Positions 51,596 through 64,000 of a DNA stretch of 64,000 nucleotides are shown piece after piece. Source of the stretch: Lama glama (taxonomy: Eukaryota); NCBI GenBank assembly GCA_028534125.1, contig CM052818.1, forward strand, positions 35,962,001-36,026,000, given 5' to 3'. Numbering within the stretch: the stretch's first letter is position 1; every line of letters begins with the position of its first letter. Under the pieces are notes generated by a model. That model was given only the letters and a program-made list of their open reading frames with translations, searched no databases and was not told where the DNA came from. Position numbers and translations under genes: made by a program.

Positions 51596-51799
51596 AATTT
51601 AAAATGTCTATACCAAGACACCCAAACCACAGTTAAAAGACAAATTCCATGTTGGCAAGGTTGTAGAGAAGTAGGGACTCTCATACCCTGCTGACAGATG
51701 TCTAAAAGGGCACAGCTTCTCTGAACAACTCAGTGTTATCCAGTAGAGCTGAACACACACATTTCCTCGGCCCCAGCAATTCCACTCTCAGATCTACAC

Positions 51800-53118
51800 T
51801 CTGTATTACTTGCCTTTTTCAGTGAGTTCTTTGCACTGATGTGAAAGCAATTATCAGTAAAATGCTGGTGATTTAGTACAAATCAAGGTAGTGGTACCAA
51901 ACTGTTCCAGTTGTCATTGTATTTTTTCACTGTCAGGCACTTGAAGTAAAATCATCATCATCATCATCATCACAAGCATCATCGTTAACCAGTTTTACTT
52001 ATGAATTTTATTGATGCCATGGTAAAAATTATTAATAAATGTTATTAAATCTCAGCTCTGGAGTACATGTCTTTTAAACAGTCCCCTCCTGTGAAATGAA
52101 ATGGAAAATATACGTAAAGTACTTCTGCACACCAGAGTAGGATGGTCCTCTCTCAAGGAAAAACACTTGTGCATTTTTTTGAGCTTTGAGTTGAACTAGC
52201 GTCTTTTTTCACATAACACCATTTCTACTTGAAAGAAAGACAGACAAACTATGGTTATTCAGACTTGGGATTTTGGCAGGCATTTTCTCATAAATGAACA
52301 AAGTGAGCCTGTCACTTCAAGGAAAGCAACTAACTGCATCTGTTGCCAATGATGAATTTTGAGCTTTCAAGCAAAAGTTAGAATTTTGGAAAGCTTACGT
52401 CCACTACTATAACCTTGACAGTGTCCCAACTTTTAGAAACTTCTATGATTAAGTTGGTGGTGATATAAACAAATGTGCTTTTTTGATACTGTATAATGAA
52501 ATCTGTCAACATTTGTAATACATATAATTCAGTGAGCCAATGTTTTCCAAATGACCAAGAAAGATCAATGGGTTTTAAGTGTAACAGAATATGAGAAGTT
52601 CACTGACATAATTTCAGATTCCACATTGCAAACTTTAAGAAACTAAGATTTATTGACTTCTGATTTAGTATTTTTGATGAAGAAAATCAAAGTTATCTAC
52701 AGAAGTTATTAAAATGCTCCTCCCTTTTCTAACTACATATCCAACTACTTTTCCTCACATAATTCAACCAAGACTGCATATTGTCACAGATTGAATGCAG
52801 AAGCAGATCAGACTTCCATCAAGACAGGCATTAAAGAGATTTGCAAAAATACAAAACAATGACCTTCTCCTTAATTTTTTTTGTTTGGTAAAATATAGCT
52901 ATTTTTCATTAAAAGCATGTTATTGATGTTAAACATAATAAATTCAATATTGTTATTTTAAAACAAATTAGTAAATAAACATTCTTTAAAATTCTAAATT
53001 TTAATTTCAAACACCATAGACATCAATAGATATAATCCACACAGACAAAAGCTATTTGGGGTCCTTAATAATTTTAATGTGTAAAAGGATTCTGAGAGCA
53101 AAACTTTGAGAACCACTG
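51800..53118 (+). mobile_element. hAT-Charlie (Charlie1-like) DNA transposon fossil
   Basis: Transposase remnant (aaactatggttattcagacttggg...ttggcaggcattttctc...aatgaacaaagtgagcctgtcacttcaaggaaa); right TIR ...ctttgagaaccactg ending at 53118. Confidence 0.85.
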
Positions 53119-53660
53119 CCCTAAAAAAAAAATCTCCCATACATTCTCCAAGAGACATGTACAAGGCTATTTGTTGCAACCATATCTGTGATTAAAATTT
53201 TTTTTAATTACTTAAAGTCTATCAATAAGGGAATGGATAAATACATTTTGATATAGTAATATAATATCTCCCTGAAATTAAAATGAATGAATGAATTTTA
53301 CATGTATTAATGTGGATGATTCTGAAACATGTTGAGAGAAATTTTAAAATGTTGCAAAAGAAGAAGTACAGAACGAGACCATTTACATACATTTCAAAAA
53401 CAGAGAGAAGGATATTTTTGCTTATGGATACTTGCATATGTAGTAAGAATATACCCTGTTGGATGCGGATATACTGGAAGATACATACCAACCTCAGGAT
53501 ACCAGTGGCAAATGGAGCCGGAGAAATCAGGGGAAGATTTGAACGTGTATGTGAATTATTTAGAAAAAGATGTGAGGTAGTAAATATGACACTAACTTAA
53601 CATTTGCTTATCTGGAGCCATAGGTCTTGTTCTTTTCACTTTTTTTCATTTGAAACATTC
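53119..53660 (+). mobile_element. Old L1 3' end, continuing the element interrupted by Charlie1
   Basis: gagacatgtacaagg...ctatcaataagggaatggataaata...catgtattaatgtggatgattctgaaacatgttgag. Confidence 0.65.
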
Positions 53661-55138
53661 CAGTGTTAAAATATACTTATTTTTAAAGGCCTCTGTGCAG
53701 TTGCCCTCAGTGAGTAAAGAAAAATTCAACTGCCTGGTTCCCAGGGGAATACATTTTCTCCATTTCTATCTCTGGGGCCTCACAGCCAGCTGTCCTGCTT
53801 TTTTTCTGGCTGCTTTATTGACCCTAATAGATGACTTGGGATATTTGAAGGGTAATGTCTTTTCTGTCTGCAGAGCTCTTGATCCTGGGTTCTCAGTCAT
53901 GGCTGCAGAGGAAATTCTCCCTCGGATTCCTTACAGAACTCCTGCAGCTGTCAGGCAGGGCACGCAGCCAGCATACCCAGGGAACAACTCGAGCAGGCAT
54001 CAGCTTAGTTCCCGCTTGGGGCAGGACTCCCAACACAAAGTATCCTGTTCCTTTTCCTTTTCCTTCTGAAGCCAGAGAGCAAGCCTTTGATTCATGTGGC
54101 GATGATATCATGTAGCCTGCTGGGTGTTGTTGGGCTCTGGTGTGCATCTGGGAGGCACCCAATGCCCCGAGCACTCCCTGGAGCCTCCAGAGCCCCACTG
54201 GATAATTCCATGGTAGAACTGAGACGATATTTTTTACCTTTAAATTCCTCCATTCAGCCCAGAAACCACACCAGCTTCCCGGAATTTTTATTAAGAATAC
54301 CCTCAGCAACAATTTTCAGACTTCATGGCCTCTGATAAAGAGGAAAGAGCTTGATATTCCGGTTTTGTTTCTGTTTGAAGAGCATATCCCCAAAGGAATT
54401 GTATGTGTCCCAGATTCAACACAGCTGTTAATTAGAGCTGAGAACACTTGGTTGACCCCTGTGCGGCTAATTGCTAGAATTGAGAAGCGTCTCTAAGGGC
54501 CTCATATGATAACAACTGAAAATTGTACTGAGCATCACCTAACACTTCTGGAACCGGTTCAGGATGGGAAGCAATAGGCTCCCTGTGGTTCCTGGCGCAG
54601 GAGAGGCAGCTATGTGCTGAAGGAGCAGTATTAAGGATTCTCTTCAGTGATTAAAACACCCACATTTCACTTTGGATGTGTGACTTGAGGCAGTGTGCTC
54701 GGAAGGGCTTATCAGAGAGTTTCAAACTGTGCAGCAGAGCATTCGTGGCCTACTTTGGAGGCCTTCAACTACTCCTCTGACATCTCACCCCAGTGCCAGT
54801 GCTGCCACCACCTCCTGGCCAGTGCTGTGGGACAGGGTGTAAGGCAACCCTTGTCGGGACCGTTGACCAGATTCTGAGTTGCAGCTGATGCAATTGTTCT
54901 GTTTCCCCACATTAAACTGACAAGTCTAGCTCCTACAATTAGAAAAATATGTGGAAATCACCTAGTTCCCAGGCTGGCACACAAGAATGGGGATCACCTC
55001 TCCTCTGCCTGTTTGCTCTGTGGGCAGAGAAGACAGCGCAAACAACCAGAAACAGAAAGGTAGGCTGACAGAGAGGGCCAGAGCTAGGCCCAGTGGGAAA
55101 GAAGAGGAGAAAACAGAGGCAAGAAAAGTAGAGCAGAG

Positions 55139-55250
55139 AGGGATGGAGGCCTAGCCCAGTGGTAGAGCACATGCTCAGCACGCTGGAGATCCCCAGTTCT
55201 ATCCCCATTACCTCTACTGAAAGATAAATAAATAAGTAAAAATTTAAAAC
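55139..55250 (+). mobile_element. Diverged tRNA-derived SINE
   Basis: ctagcccagtggtagagcacatgctcagcacg...gttctatccccattacctc followed by an (AAAT)n tail. Confidence 0.75.
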
Positions 55251-58200
55251 ATGGGATAAAAAACCCGAAAGCATTGAGTCTGTTGAGGAGAAACAATTCT
55301 TAAAAAAAATAAATAAATAAAACGGAAAGTAAGAAAGCCCGAGGGGCAATGGTTAGGGGGAGGCGGGGAGGAGAGAAGAGAAAGGGGAGAGGAGGAGGCG
55401 CGCCGGGTGGAAGAGAAATGGAGAAGAAGAGAAAGGACAGCCAAACAGAGACAGAAGAGAGGTGGCTCCTCCTCCTTCTCCCCCAGGTCCTGGGAGAGAG
55501 TAAAAATCAGCAGGGCTGACCGTGAGTGTTATGGCCTTCTCAGCCAAGAGGCCCAGAACATACCCCAGATAGTTCAGTGCTCTGGCTGACTCCACTCCCT
55601 TGGCCTGGCCCAAGGAAGGTCGCCTGGAGCCAGCGGTGTAAGGAGAGACTCATGATCCCTTTTCCAGAAGAGGTCCAAACTGTGGGTCCAATTCCAGGAA
55701 GTGACAGCAGCAGAAAGCAACCCAGAGTCCGCCTTGCCCAGAGCCAGAAAGGGGAAAGACCCAAAGGGGATTGGAAGGAAAAGGGATCAATTTCATCTTC
55801 TTCTAGACCAAAGCGGGCTGATGGTGGTACCCTGTTCCACAGACAGCTGGGAACCCCACATCTCTTGAGTCTCTAATTGGACCTTCCAGGCTTTTCTCCT
55901 CCTAAAGGACACCTCTCACTGGCAAATGTGCAAGGAGGATGCCCTGTGTGCTCAGCAGTAATGGAGGAAATAGGGCAACAGAGATGGCTGCTGTCTGCAG
56001 GCAACGGGCCACAGAAGAAAATCTAATACACGGAGAAATCGCAGCGTGCACCACAGAAAAGCATCAAATGATGAGCTAAATGGGGCAGTGCAGGCTCAGA
56101 GCCTGCAGGAAATGGAAGGGATGGCAAGGAAAGCTGGGGTAGTCAGGGAGACTTCCCGGAGGAGGTGAGACTTGAGGACAAGCAGAGGCCTTGAGGGTAA
56201 ATGCAGAGGCAGAGTACCTTACTTGGATAAATTGACAAAGCTGATTCACTTGCTTTGAAGACTCATGTTAGAGAATGATGAGAAATCATGGTCTTTTATT
56301 GCCAAATTTACATGGAGCTCTGTATTTTGAGGCTTCTCATATAAATGTTCATAATTGCTCCTCATACAGTTTTTAAGAAAGAGTTTTTATTTTCAGAATT
56401 GGAAGACATCGTAGGTTTTATAGAGTCCAGGCCCCACACATTCCCTTTTTTTATCTGCGAAGTTTCATTTCTTTTATTTAAAAAGTCTGAAGGAAATTTG
56501 ACAAAGTGCTAACACTCCACAGTTGGGTGGGTTGATGCTTGTTTATTCTATTTTTTTTTTATAATTACTGTACTTTAAACATTACAAAATAAGCTTAGTT
56601 AAGGGCTTTATATACCTGTGGTCTGAGGGGAACTTGAGGAATTGATTCATAAAATACAACGTCCTTGTATTTGAATTGGGTAATTAATTCAATTTGGCAT
56701 CTATCTTTATGATTCTTGGGTGGGCTTCCTTTTGGCTGGCGTCTGTGTTTTGGGGTCATACTGAAGTGGTCTACACGTTACATTTGAGGAAATGATTCCC
56801 AAATAGGTCAAGTGACTAACTCAAGGTCACGCAGTTAAGTAGCTCCAGGACTGCAACCCAGGTTTTATTATTCTACTCAAATGGACTTACCAAAAAGTGT
56901 ATAAATGCAGTTTTGTTTTCATTTATATTGAATATTTCCTATCATAGAGAACTATACTTAAAAAGAATAACTTTAAATGTTTTGTTTCCTTACACTAAAA
57001 GAAATACGTGATCATTACAGAAAATTTAGAAAACACAGGTAAGCCAAAAAATTTAAATCACCCATAATCACAGATTCAGTTCATAGACTTTGAAAATCAT
57101 TAGAAGTGTTTTTATTTTCATCTGACCTTTCCATATAGATCGCTGTACTTTAGGAACTAGTATCTCTGGTTCTCTTTAAGGAGAAACATGTTAAGCAGGA
57201 TAATGTAGTGGGAAGAGCATAGGATTTGGAGGCCAAAGCTCTAGGTTCAAGCCCTGGTCAGTCATGTGTGATCTTCCATAAATCAATCAACTTTCCTGCA
57301 CTTTAGTTTCTCATTTGCAAAATTATGGGGTTTCAGTGATCCACTTCTTAGCTTGCTAAAAATGTCTTTTCTGGGACTTTAAAATCAAGCATTGTAAGCT
57401 TACAACAGATAATTAAAACAAAACAAAACAGTATCTGACGTTTTTAAAGGAATGTAACAGCATGTTAAAATAGGCCTCTTCCTTTCTCGGGGTTTTGGCT
57501 GAGGCTCCAAAGCTGAAAACAATAGGTTTATGTCGCTCCCCACTCACACACATCCTAAGTGAGATACAAGACCGTCTAGGCAGGACCTGCAAAGAGATGC
57601 CTGGAGCTGGTTCTGCCACTTTTAGACCTTCACACACCTCCAGGCTTTGCAAGAGAAGGCTAAGAGAAGGGACCTACAGGCTGCCCTCTGATTCCACTGT
57701 AAAAAAGTCTTTAGTGAAAGACTGGCTGGTGGCACCTTGGACGGCAGAGCAAAGCTAGTGGGTCCCAGAGGGAACAAGCTTCACCACAGAAACAATAGGA
57801 AGTTTGTGCCATGAGAATACAAGGACGAGAGCTGGACTTGAGTTATCTCATAGACTCCATAAGGCCCTTTTAGATGATTCCAACAACAGAAAAACTGTGT
57901 TGGGGCGTGAGGGTGGAGAGGAGGTGTGATGGAATCCAGGTGATAAGGGAGAAATTTTAAGAGCCTACCTGACGTGGGTTTTGTCTAAGCAACGCTATAG
58001 TAGAATATCCCAGGGCAGAAGGGTCTCTAAACAAATCCTCAAAAGTACCCCATTAGAGAAATACCCGTTAGATCTGCCACTCACAGAGGGCTCTGTGCTT
58101 ACAGCTGCAAGAACTGCTGAAGACCTTGCCTCTTTTTCTCTAACCCTCTCTCTCTCGGGCCCAGCTGGTGCAAGAGGAGGTGAAAAAAGAGATGACTCTG

Positions 58201-59290
58201 ACCTCCCTCTTCACCATATCCTTCCAAGTCTGGTTGAGGCCAACACTGGTGGAAGGGAGAACTTTAATTTGCATAAGAAGTTGAAGTTTTCATATTAGAC
58301 TGGACTGAACTTTTCAGTCCCTATGGATAGGGAAGAAAGATTGGAGAGAGCAGTTTTCAAGGGCTCTAAGATAAGATAGAACAAAGTTGCTTTCTGCTCA
58401 AATCCTCCCACTAGTTACAGGAGGATAACTCTGGTGAGTTGAGGAAGGACTGATTGCAAAGGGAAGCAGTACTGGTGGCCAGATCCCAATTAAGAGGCTG
58501 TTGTCTAGAAATTAGGCAAAAAGGCAATAGATAAATCTGGCAGGAATTAATGACTCCTTAGATGTGGAAGGGAAGTAAGGTGAATGACTCATATAAGCAT
58601 CTCAAGTTCCTAGTCTGAGAGACTGGAAGATGGTGACTGGATGGATAGCAATGCCACTTCTACAGCTAAATGTGTGCTCTAGAGAGATTTCACACTCAGG
58701 TCAACGGCGCCACATTTTTGGAACCTTCAACTGAGGTCCTCCTGACCAAATGGCTTCTGAGCCAATTTATGAGTCATGTAAAAAATCAATCTCATTACTG
58801 TTCATTTATCTGTTTTTCATTTAATCCATCATTTAACAAATTTCTGTTAAGCGTTCCCTTTGCATTATGCACCGTGCTAGTCACTGCAGAGAAAAAGTCA
58901 CAGTACACAGGGTCAGTCCTCCAGTTACTCACAGTCTATCTGCTCCACCTACTCCAGTTAAATACTGGGGTAACTCCGGGTTTTGTGGTCTATTCCCCCT
59001 TCAACTCCCAAGTGCCATTGCTTTTATGTAGAAAAAAGCAGAGTATTGTGTAAATTGGATATGTACTATCATTATATGACCTTATTTCCATTTGCCCATT
59101 TGTCCATTTTTATATCTTATAGAATTTAGGTTGTTACAACAACATGATCCAGAAATTTGATCTCTGTCCAAATTTGCACTTTCTAAATGTAAGCAGACAC
59201 TCAAAATCAGTCTAAAAATCATTGGCACAAAAGGTACCCAAACAAGCTCATACAACTGTGTTCTCGCTATCTCTCCATCTCTCATTCTCT

Positions 59291-59296
<6 letters not shown>

Positions 59297-59323
<27 letters not shown>
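59297..59323 (+). repeat. (CA)13 microsatellite
   Basis: Read directly. Confidence 0.95.
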
Positions 59324-59473
59324 TTGTTCATATCACTCAGATTCAGTACTCAGAATATCTAAGTTTGGTGCTAAGTCTTCTAAGGAATATAAATTTTAGA
59401 AACACAGTTCATTCTTTTCAGAAGCCCACAGCTTAGCAGGAGAAATAGATACATTTATAAATAGACATATGTA

Positions 59474-59583
59474 GGGAAGAGGGTACAGCTCCATGGTAGA
59501 GCACAGGCTTAGTATGCACAAGGTCCCGGGTTCAATCCTCAGTACTTCCATTTTTAAAATGTGGGGAAAAAGCTAGAAAAAAA
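59474..59583 (+). mobile_element. tRNA-derived SINE (Vic-1-like)
   Basis: gagggtacagctccatggtagagcacaggcttagtatgcacaaggtcccgggttcaatcctcagtacttcc. Confidence 0.82.
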
Positions 59584-59739
59584 TATATGTGATACAAAAT
59601 AAAGTGTGAAGTGATACAATAAAAAACTATAATAAGTTAAGGAGGGAGAAAGAATCTACACTAACCTCTTATATTTATTTATAGTGCTTGTTTTCTAGAC
59701 CTCAGACACAGAGATCTGAGCTAATTATACTCCTCAATG

Positions 59740-60150
59740 TATTCAACAAACATCCTTTGAGTACCTACTATGTGACAGGCACCTTTCTAGGTACTGAGGG
59801 TATGTAACTTTTATTCTAATTGGGGCAATGGAAAGAATTAAAGCAAGGTGGTGGCAGAGCACACTATTGGGTGACTCTAGCTGGGTGATCAGAGAGAGCT
59901 TCTCTGAGGATGTGATATTAAACACCTGACTGACCTGACGGACAAGACAGAGCCCACCTGGAGAAGGAGGAATCACAAAGATAAGCAACTCAGACAAGGA
60001 GAACAGCTATTGCAAAGATCAAGCAAGAGTAAGTTTCACATGCTGCAGAGACTAAAAGAAGCCACATGTGCCTGGAGAACTGTGGGCACGGTGGGGAGAC
60101 TGGAAGGAGATAAGGTTGGAGAGGAAGGCAGTGACCAGATAACTAGGGCT
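59740..60150 (-). mobile_element. L2 3' fragment
   Basis: attcaacaaacatcctttgagtacctactatgtgacaggcac is a reversed L2 3' end. Confidence 0.8.
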
Positions 60151-62399
60151 AGATTTTTAAATAATGTGAAGTTTGGCTGATCCTTAAATTCACGCATATG
60201 TGCACACATGCACACACACACGCACGAAGTTCCAAAAATGTTTCAAGTATTGGCAGAACTGCTGGAATCTGTGACTACTTGGAAGAAATAACATTCATTT
60301 GGATAGAGTTTAAAAACTCATTACTTTATATTCACATCTAATACCTAACTTAACTTAAATCTAAGGAACAAAAGGATACTTGCAAACTATACCTAAACTT
60401 CAAGCATTACCCATGGTGTCACCAAACAGAATTTAGGAAAAGCCATGGGCTCCTAAAGAATAATTTGAAAAAAGAGACCCCATGATCGCAAGCAGGGTGA
60501 GTGGAACAATTCCAACTATGGGGTGAAGAGTGGCAGTTTGGGCTGTTTCTCATTAGGCTGGAGATGATTTTGCCATATTCTCATCATTGGTTTTGGACAA
60601 GGCCCCTCTCTTATTTTATATTGTTATTTTTCCCAATCCCTACTCCACAGGTATCCTTTCTAATATGTTTGGAATATGTCCTTAGATAGGTATGTATCTT
60701 TGATAAATACATGGGTTGTTTTCCATGAATGTGATTTTAATTAGCCAACACGGAACTGTTCTATGATACTGTTCTGTCTAATTTATTTATGTGAGACTAG
60801 GCTTAAAGGTCTCTCTACGTTGCTCTGTGTATCTCTAATTCATTGCTTCCAGTTATGGCAGAGTATCTGGGGATAAGGATCTTCCATATTTTACTTACCC
60901 AGTCCCCTAGAGATGGATACTAGGCTGCTACACACTCCGTATGCAATGAACATCTTCATAAAGCTGCCCTTAAAGGCTGAGGTGGGCTACTCTGGGAGCT
61001 TAGAGGGCCATTAGGACTACTCTCACCCACCTTCGTCTGGTAAGGCTGGATTGTTCTCCTGAAAGAATGCACTAGTCCACATGTGCGTTATATTTTCATA
61101 AATGATTTATATAGAATACACTGAGTCTCAGAGACATACGGTGGGGGATTCAAGGTCAAACAGATATTAAGTCTCAGGATCAAGACCCAAAATTTCTAAT
61201 TCTTTTTCCACTGGGAAAATGTCTTTCTGAGGACGCTTACCCTTATCTACGTGGTTGTACACAAGCACAGACACAAAGTTTAGCTGAATTAATCCTTAAG
61301 GGGTATAATTATCCTTCACTGCCCCTCCTTCAATGATTACTTATTGAATGGCAGCTACAGGAGATACTGCTGTTTTCCTGCATGAGGTCACAGTTTTACT
61401 TCTTTTCATCAACAAACCACCTACCAAGCAGATATATGCTAGGGATATGCTCCTTCCTTTCCTTGAAGGAACTTACAATCTAATTTCCTCTCATGACCAC
61501 AGTGAACATTAACACAGGTAGCAGATTCTCAAGAACTTTCTGTGGTTCTGTTTTCTTGCATTTGCATTTCACGCTCTCAGAATCCCTCAAAACTGATCAT
61601 CTTACCTGGTCCCTGTGCTCCAAGAGTCTGAAGAAGAAAGAAAAGAAGGAAGGTAAAGAAGAAAGTTACAAGGCTAGTGGCCAGTGCCCAGTGTGTAGCA
61701 CAGTGATTCTGCTGGGAGTACAGTGCTTTATGAGCAAGGATGGCAGAACCATAAATGGATCCATTTTAGCTGTGGTCGGGTATGCCCTTGGGTTTGAAAT
61801 AATTACTTTCCTAGACATGTGGTTCCCAGATGAAATTCATGCTGTGATTTGATATTTTTAATGCAAAAGAGATTTTTTTTCTAGCAAAAATTCATCACCA
61901 ACATGTCAAGAAATTTGATGACTAAAAATAATCTCCCCAAAGAGTGCATGAACGTGGTATGCAGACTTGGAAAGGAAGAACACACTAGCAAGTCTGTGTG
62001 AAAGAGAATGACACCACCAGTGAACTGGGGTCCCACCTTTCAAGCTGACTGATATTAAAAGACTATCCCACACGTCAAAGAATTTTTGTATCTATTAAAT
62101 AAGAAATGATTTCAAATGCTTACTGTGAACACTAGCTTTCAAATTATATTAACCCCCTAAAGGCAATTACAAGTCAGGAAGAGTCCAGCACGAGATGCTC
62201 TTAACATCTCCTTTTTGATTCTAAGGTGGAATCTGCACTTGATACAAAACTAGAGTGAGCCCACTCTTCCCCCTCAGAAGATGGTTCTCCTCATTTCTGG
62301 GGAAAGAAATCACCCAGCTGCTTCAAAAGGAGAAGAGTACTGCAGCCGGGATTCATCCTGGGGCAGGCAGGCAGCAATGGGTAATGGAAGATTAAAGTT

Positions 62400-62815
62400 G
62401 AGAACACAAACAGATTTATACTGCGTTTTTATGCCCAAGGCCATTATTAAAGCTCCAGGGGCCCAGGGCCGAATTTAATCTGCAAACTTGAGACCCAGCT
62501 GTGGAAGCCAACTAGGGACTGGCTGAGGAAGGGAACTATGCGGCTATCTGGGGGAAGAATATTCTGTACTGGGGAAGACATCTGCAATTGGAGGCAGCTT
62601 CTGGTTTCGAGGAAGTGCCTTCCTGGGTGTGGCTGAAGTTGGCAGTGGCAGCAGCTATCTCACCAGGCCAGTTCTGCAGTGTGGTTCTGAGAGTTGTTCC
62701 TAGAACCTTAGCCTGTCTGTCCAGCCTTTCCAATATGTATGTGAGCTACCTAATAAATCCCTTTCTGTCTAAACTAGTTAGTATGGATTTTATTGCTGAA
62801 ACCAAGAACCTGGCC
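62400..62815 (+). mobile_element. Old MaLR LTR fragment
   Basis: 3' motif taataaatccctttctgtctaaactagttagtatggattt...aaccaagaacc. Confidence 0.55.
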
Positions 62816-63419
62816 CAATTTGAGTTGATTATAGAATCAGTCTCAGGGATTTCCTTTGTACTGTAGTATGTTATACTGCTTTATCTGATTTATCAGCTTT
62901 ATATGAAATCTTTTGACTCCCCTGGCTACAAAAGATTAGGAAAAAATCAGCATATTTATCCTCCTCAATTTTTATTATACAATGTCCTGCTAGTCCTAAA
63001 GTCTCCAAGTTTCAGGAAGCTGTCTTTCCTAGAATTCCTGTGAATAGTCATAATCCTAAATACCAAATCTAGACTTCCTGGTGCCCAGTAGTCTGATTAC
63101 CACTCCCACACACAAACAGATCGTTTTTATGCTTGCCCTATAAGAAGGAAGAGCAGTGGGGGCGGCGAGGGGTTCTTCCACTGAAACTCAAACCTACTCT
63201 GGGTCCAGCCAATTACCCAGGCCCTGTTACGTCTCTCCCTGGGAGGATGAGAAGATCGAGGACTACTTGCCTCCTCTCTTCTTGCTGACCCCTGCCTGGC
63301 TTGTAGTTCCTCCAATAAAAATCTGATCTTTAAACCATACTGCATAATGTTGAGACATTTATTCTAAGCCCTGTTTCACCATGAGTGATGACCACAAAAG
63401 GACTCACCTTGCATTACAA

Positions 63420-64000
63420 TGAAGGTCATTTCTCAGGATTAAAAAACCCCAGAAGTCATCAAAGAAGAGGTCTATAACTGCAACTTCATGAATAAAAAAA
63501 TCAACAGAGCAGTAATTACCATAAGCAAACTCAAAAGACAAATGACAAACTGGGGGAAATATTTGTACCTCATATCACAAAAGGCTTATTTCCCTAATAG
63601 AAAGAGTTCTTGCAAATCAATAATACCAACACCCAGTAGGAAAATGGGCCAATAATATGGATAGAAAGTTTGTAGAAAAGGAAGTACAAAGGAAACACTG
63701 AGACAAATGATTCTTAAATATACAAAAAGTGAAATTATTTTAAAATATATTGAAACTCCATCTTGCACCTCTCAGAATGCCCCAGACCAAAATGTATGAT
63801 AGTCCATCTATTGACAAGAGTCTGGGGGAACAGGCACACTTACTGATGGGAGTATAAATTGGTACAACCTCTAGGCAATGTTCAAATGATAAATGCACAT
63901 CCCCTTTTAACCCATATTCTACTCTTAGGGATTTCCTCTACAGATACTCTTACATATATACAAACTGAATTATGTACATTGCAGTACTGTTTGTGACAGC
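63420..64000 (+). mobile_element. Old L1 ORF2 3' fragment
   Basis: aaaagacaaatgacaaactgggggaaatatttg...gatgggagtataaattggtacaacc. Confidence 0.85.

Noticed and set aside
1..64000. CRISPR arrays, operons or a novel multi-gene system
   Set aside because: The sequence is eukaryotic. The longer direct repeats I found are explained as TSDs, STRs, interspersed repeats or local duplications, and there is no regularly spaced repeat-spacer array or cluster of intact ORFs.

Overview
This is mammalian genomic DNA. It is most likely a camelid, inferred from tRNA-derived SINEs resembling the Vic-1 family and from the L1 3' ends. The main functional element is a CpG island (~12.7-14.15 kb) holding the promoter and an apparently non-coding first exon of a minus-strand gene that I cannot name. 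That exon has a perfect CAG|GTGAGT donor at 13261/13260, two tiny uORFs and a YY1 motif. Positions 1-13260 are the first intron. The remaining ~50 kb is repeat-rich intergenic DNA (L1, L2, MIR, MaLR LTRs, hAT-Charlie fossils, SINEs). It contains a full-length processed pseudogene of RPL15 (24807-26602) with a perfect 18-bp TSD, a 1-nt frameshift and an unusually long 3' UTR. I found no intact protein-coding exon and no convincing new multi-gene system. The best leads are small: the uORF pair, a chimeric rescue ORF in the retrocopy, a candidate spliced + strand non-coding transcript near 36.5-37.2 kb, and several readable retrotransposition or repair scars. Repeat boundaries without TSDs and all subfamily names are approximate and come from recalled consensus sequences, not from a search.
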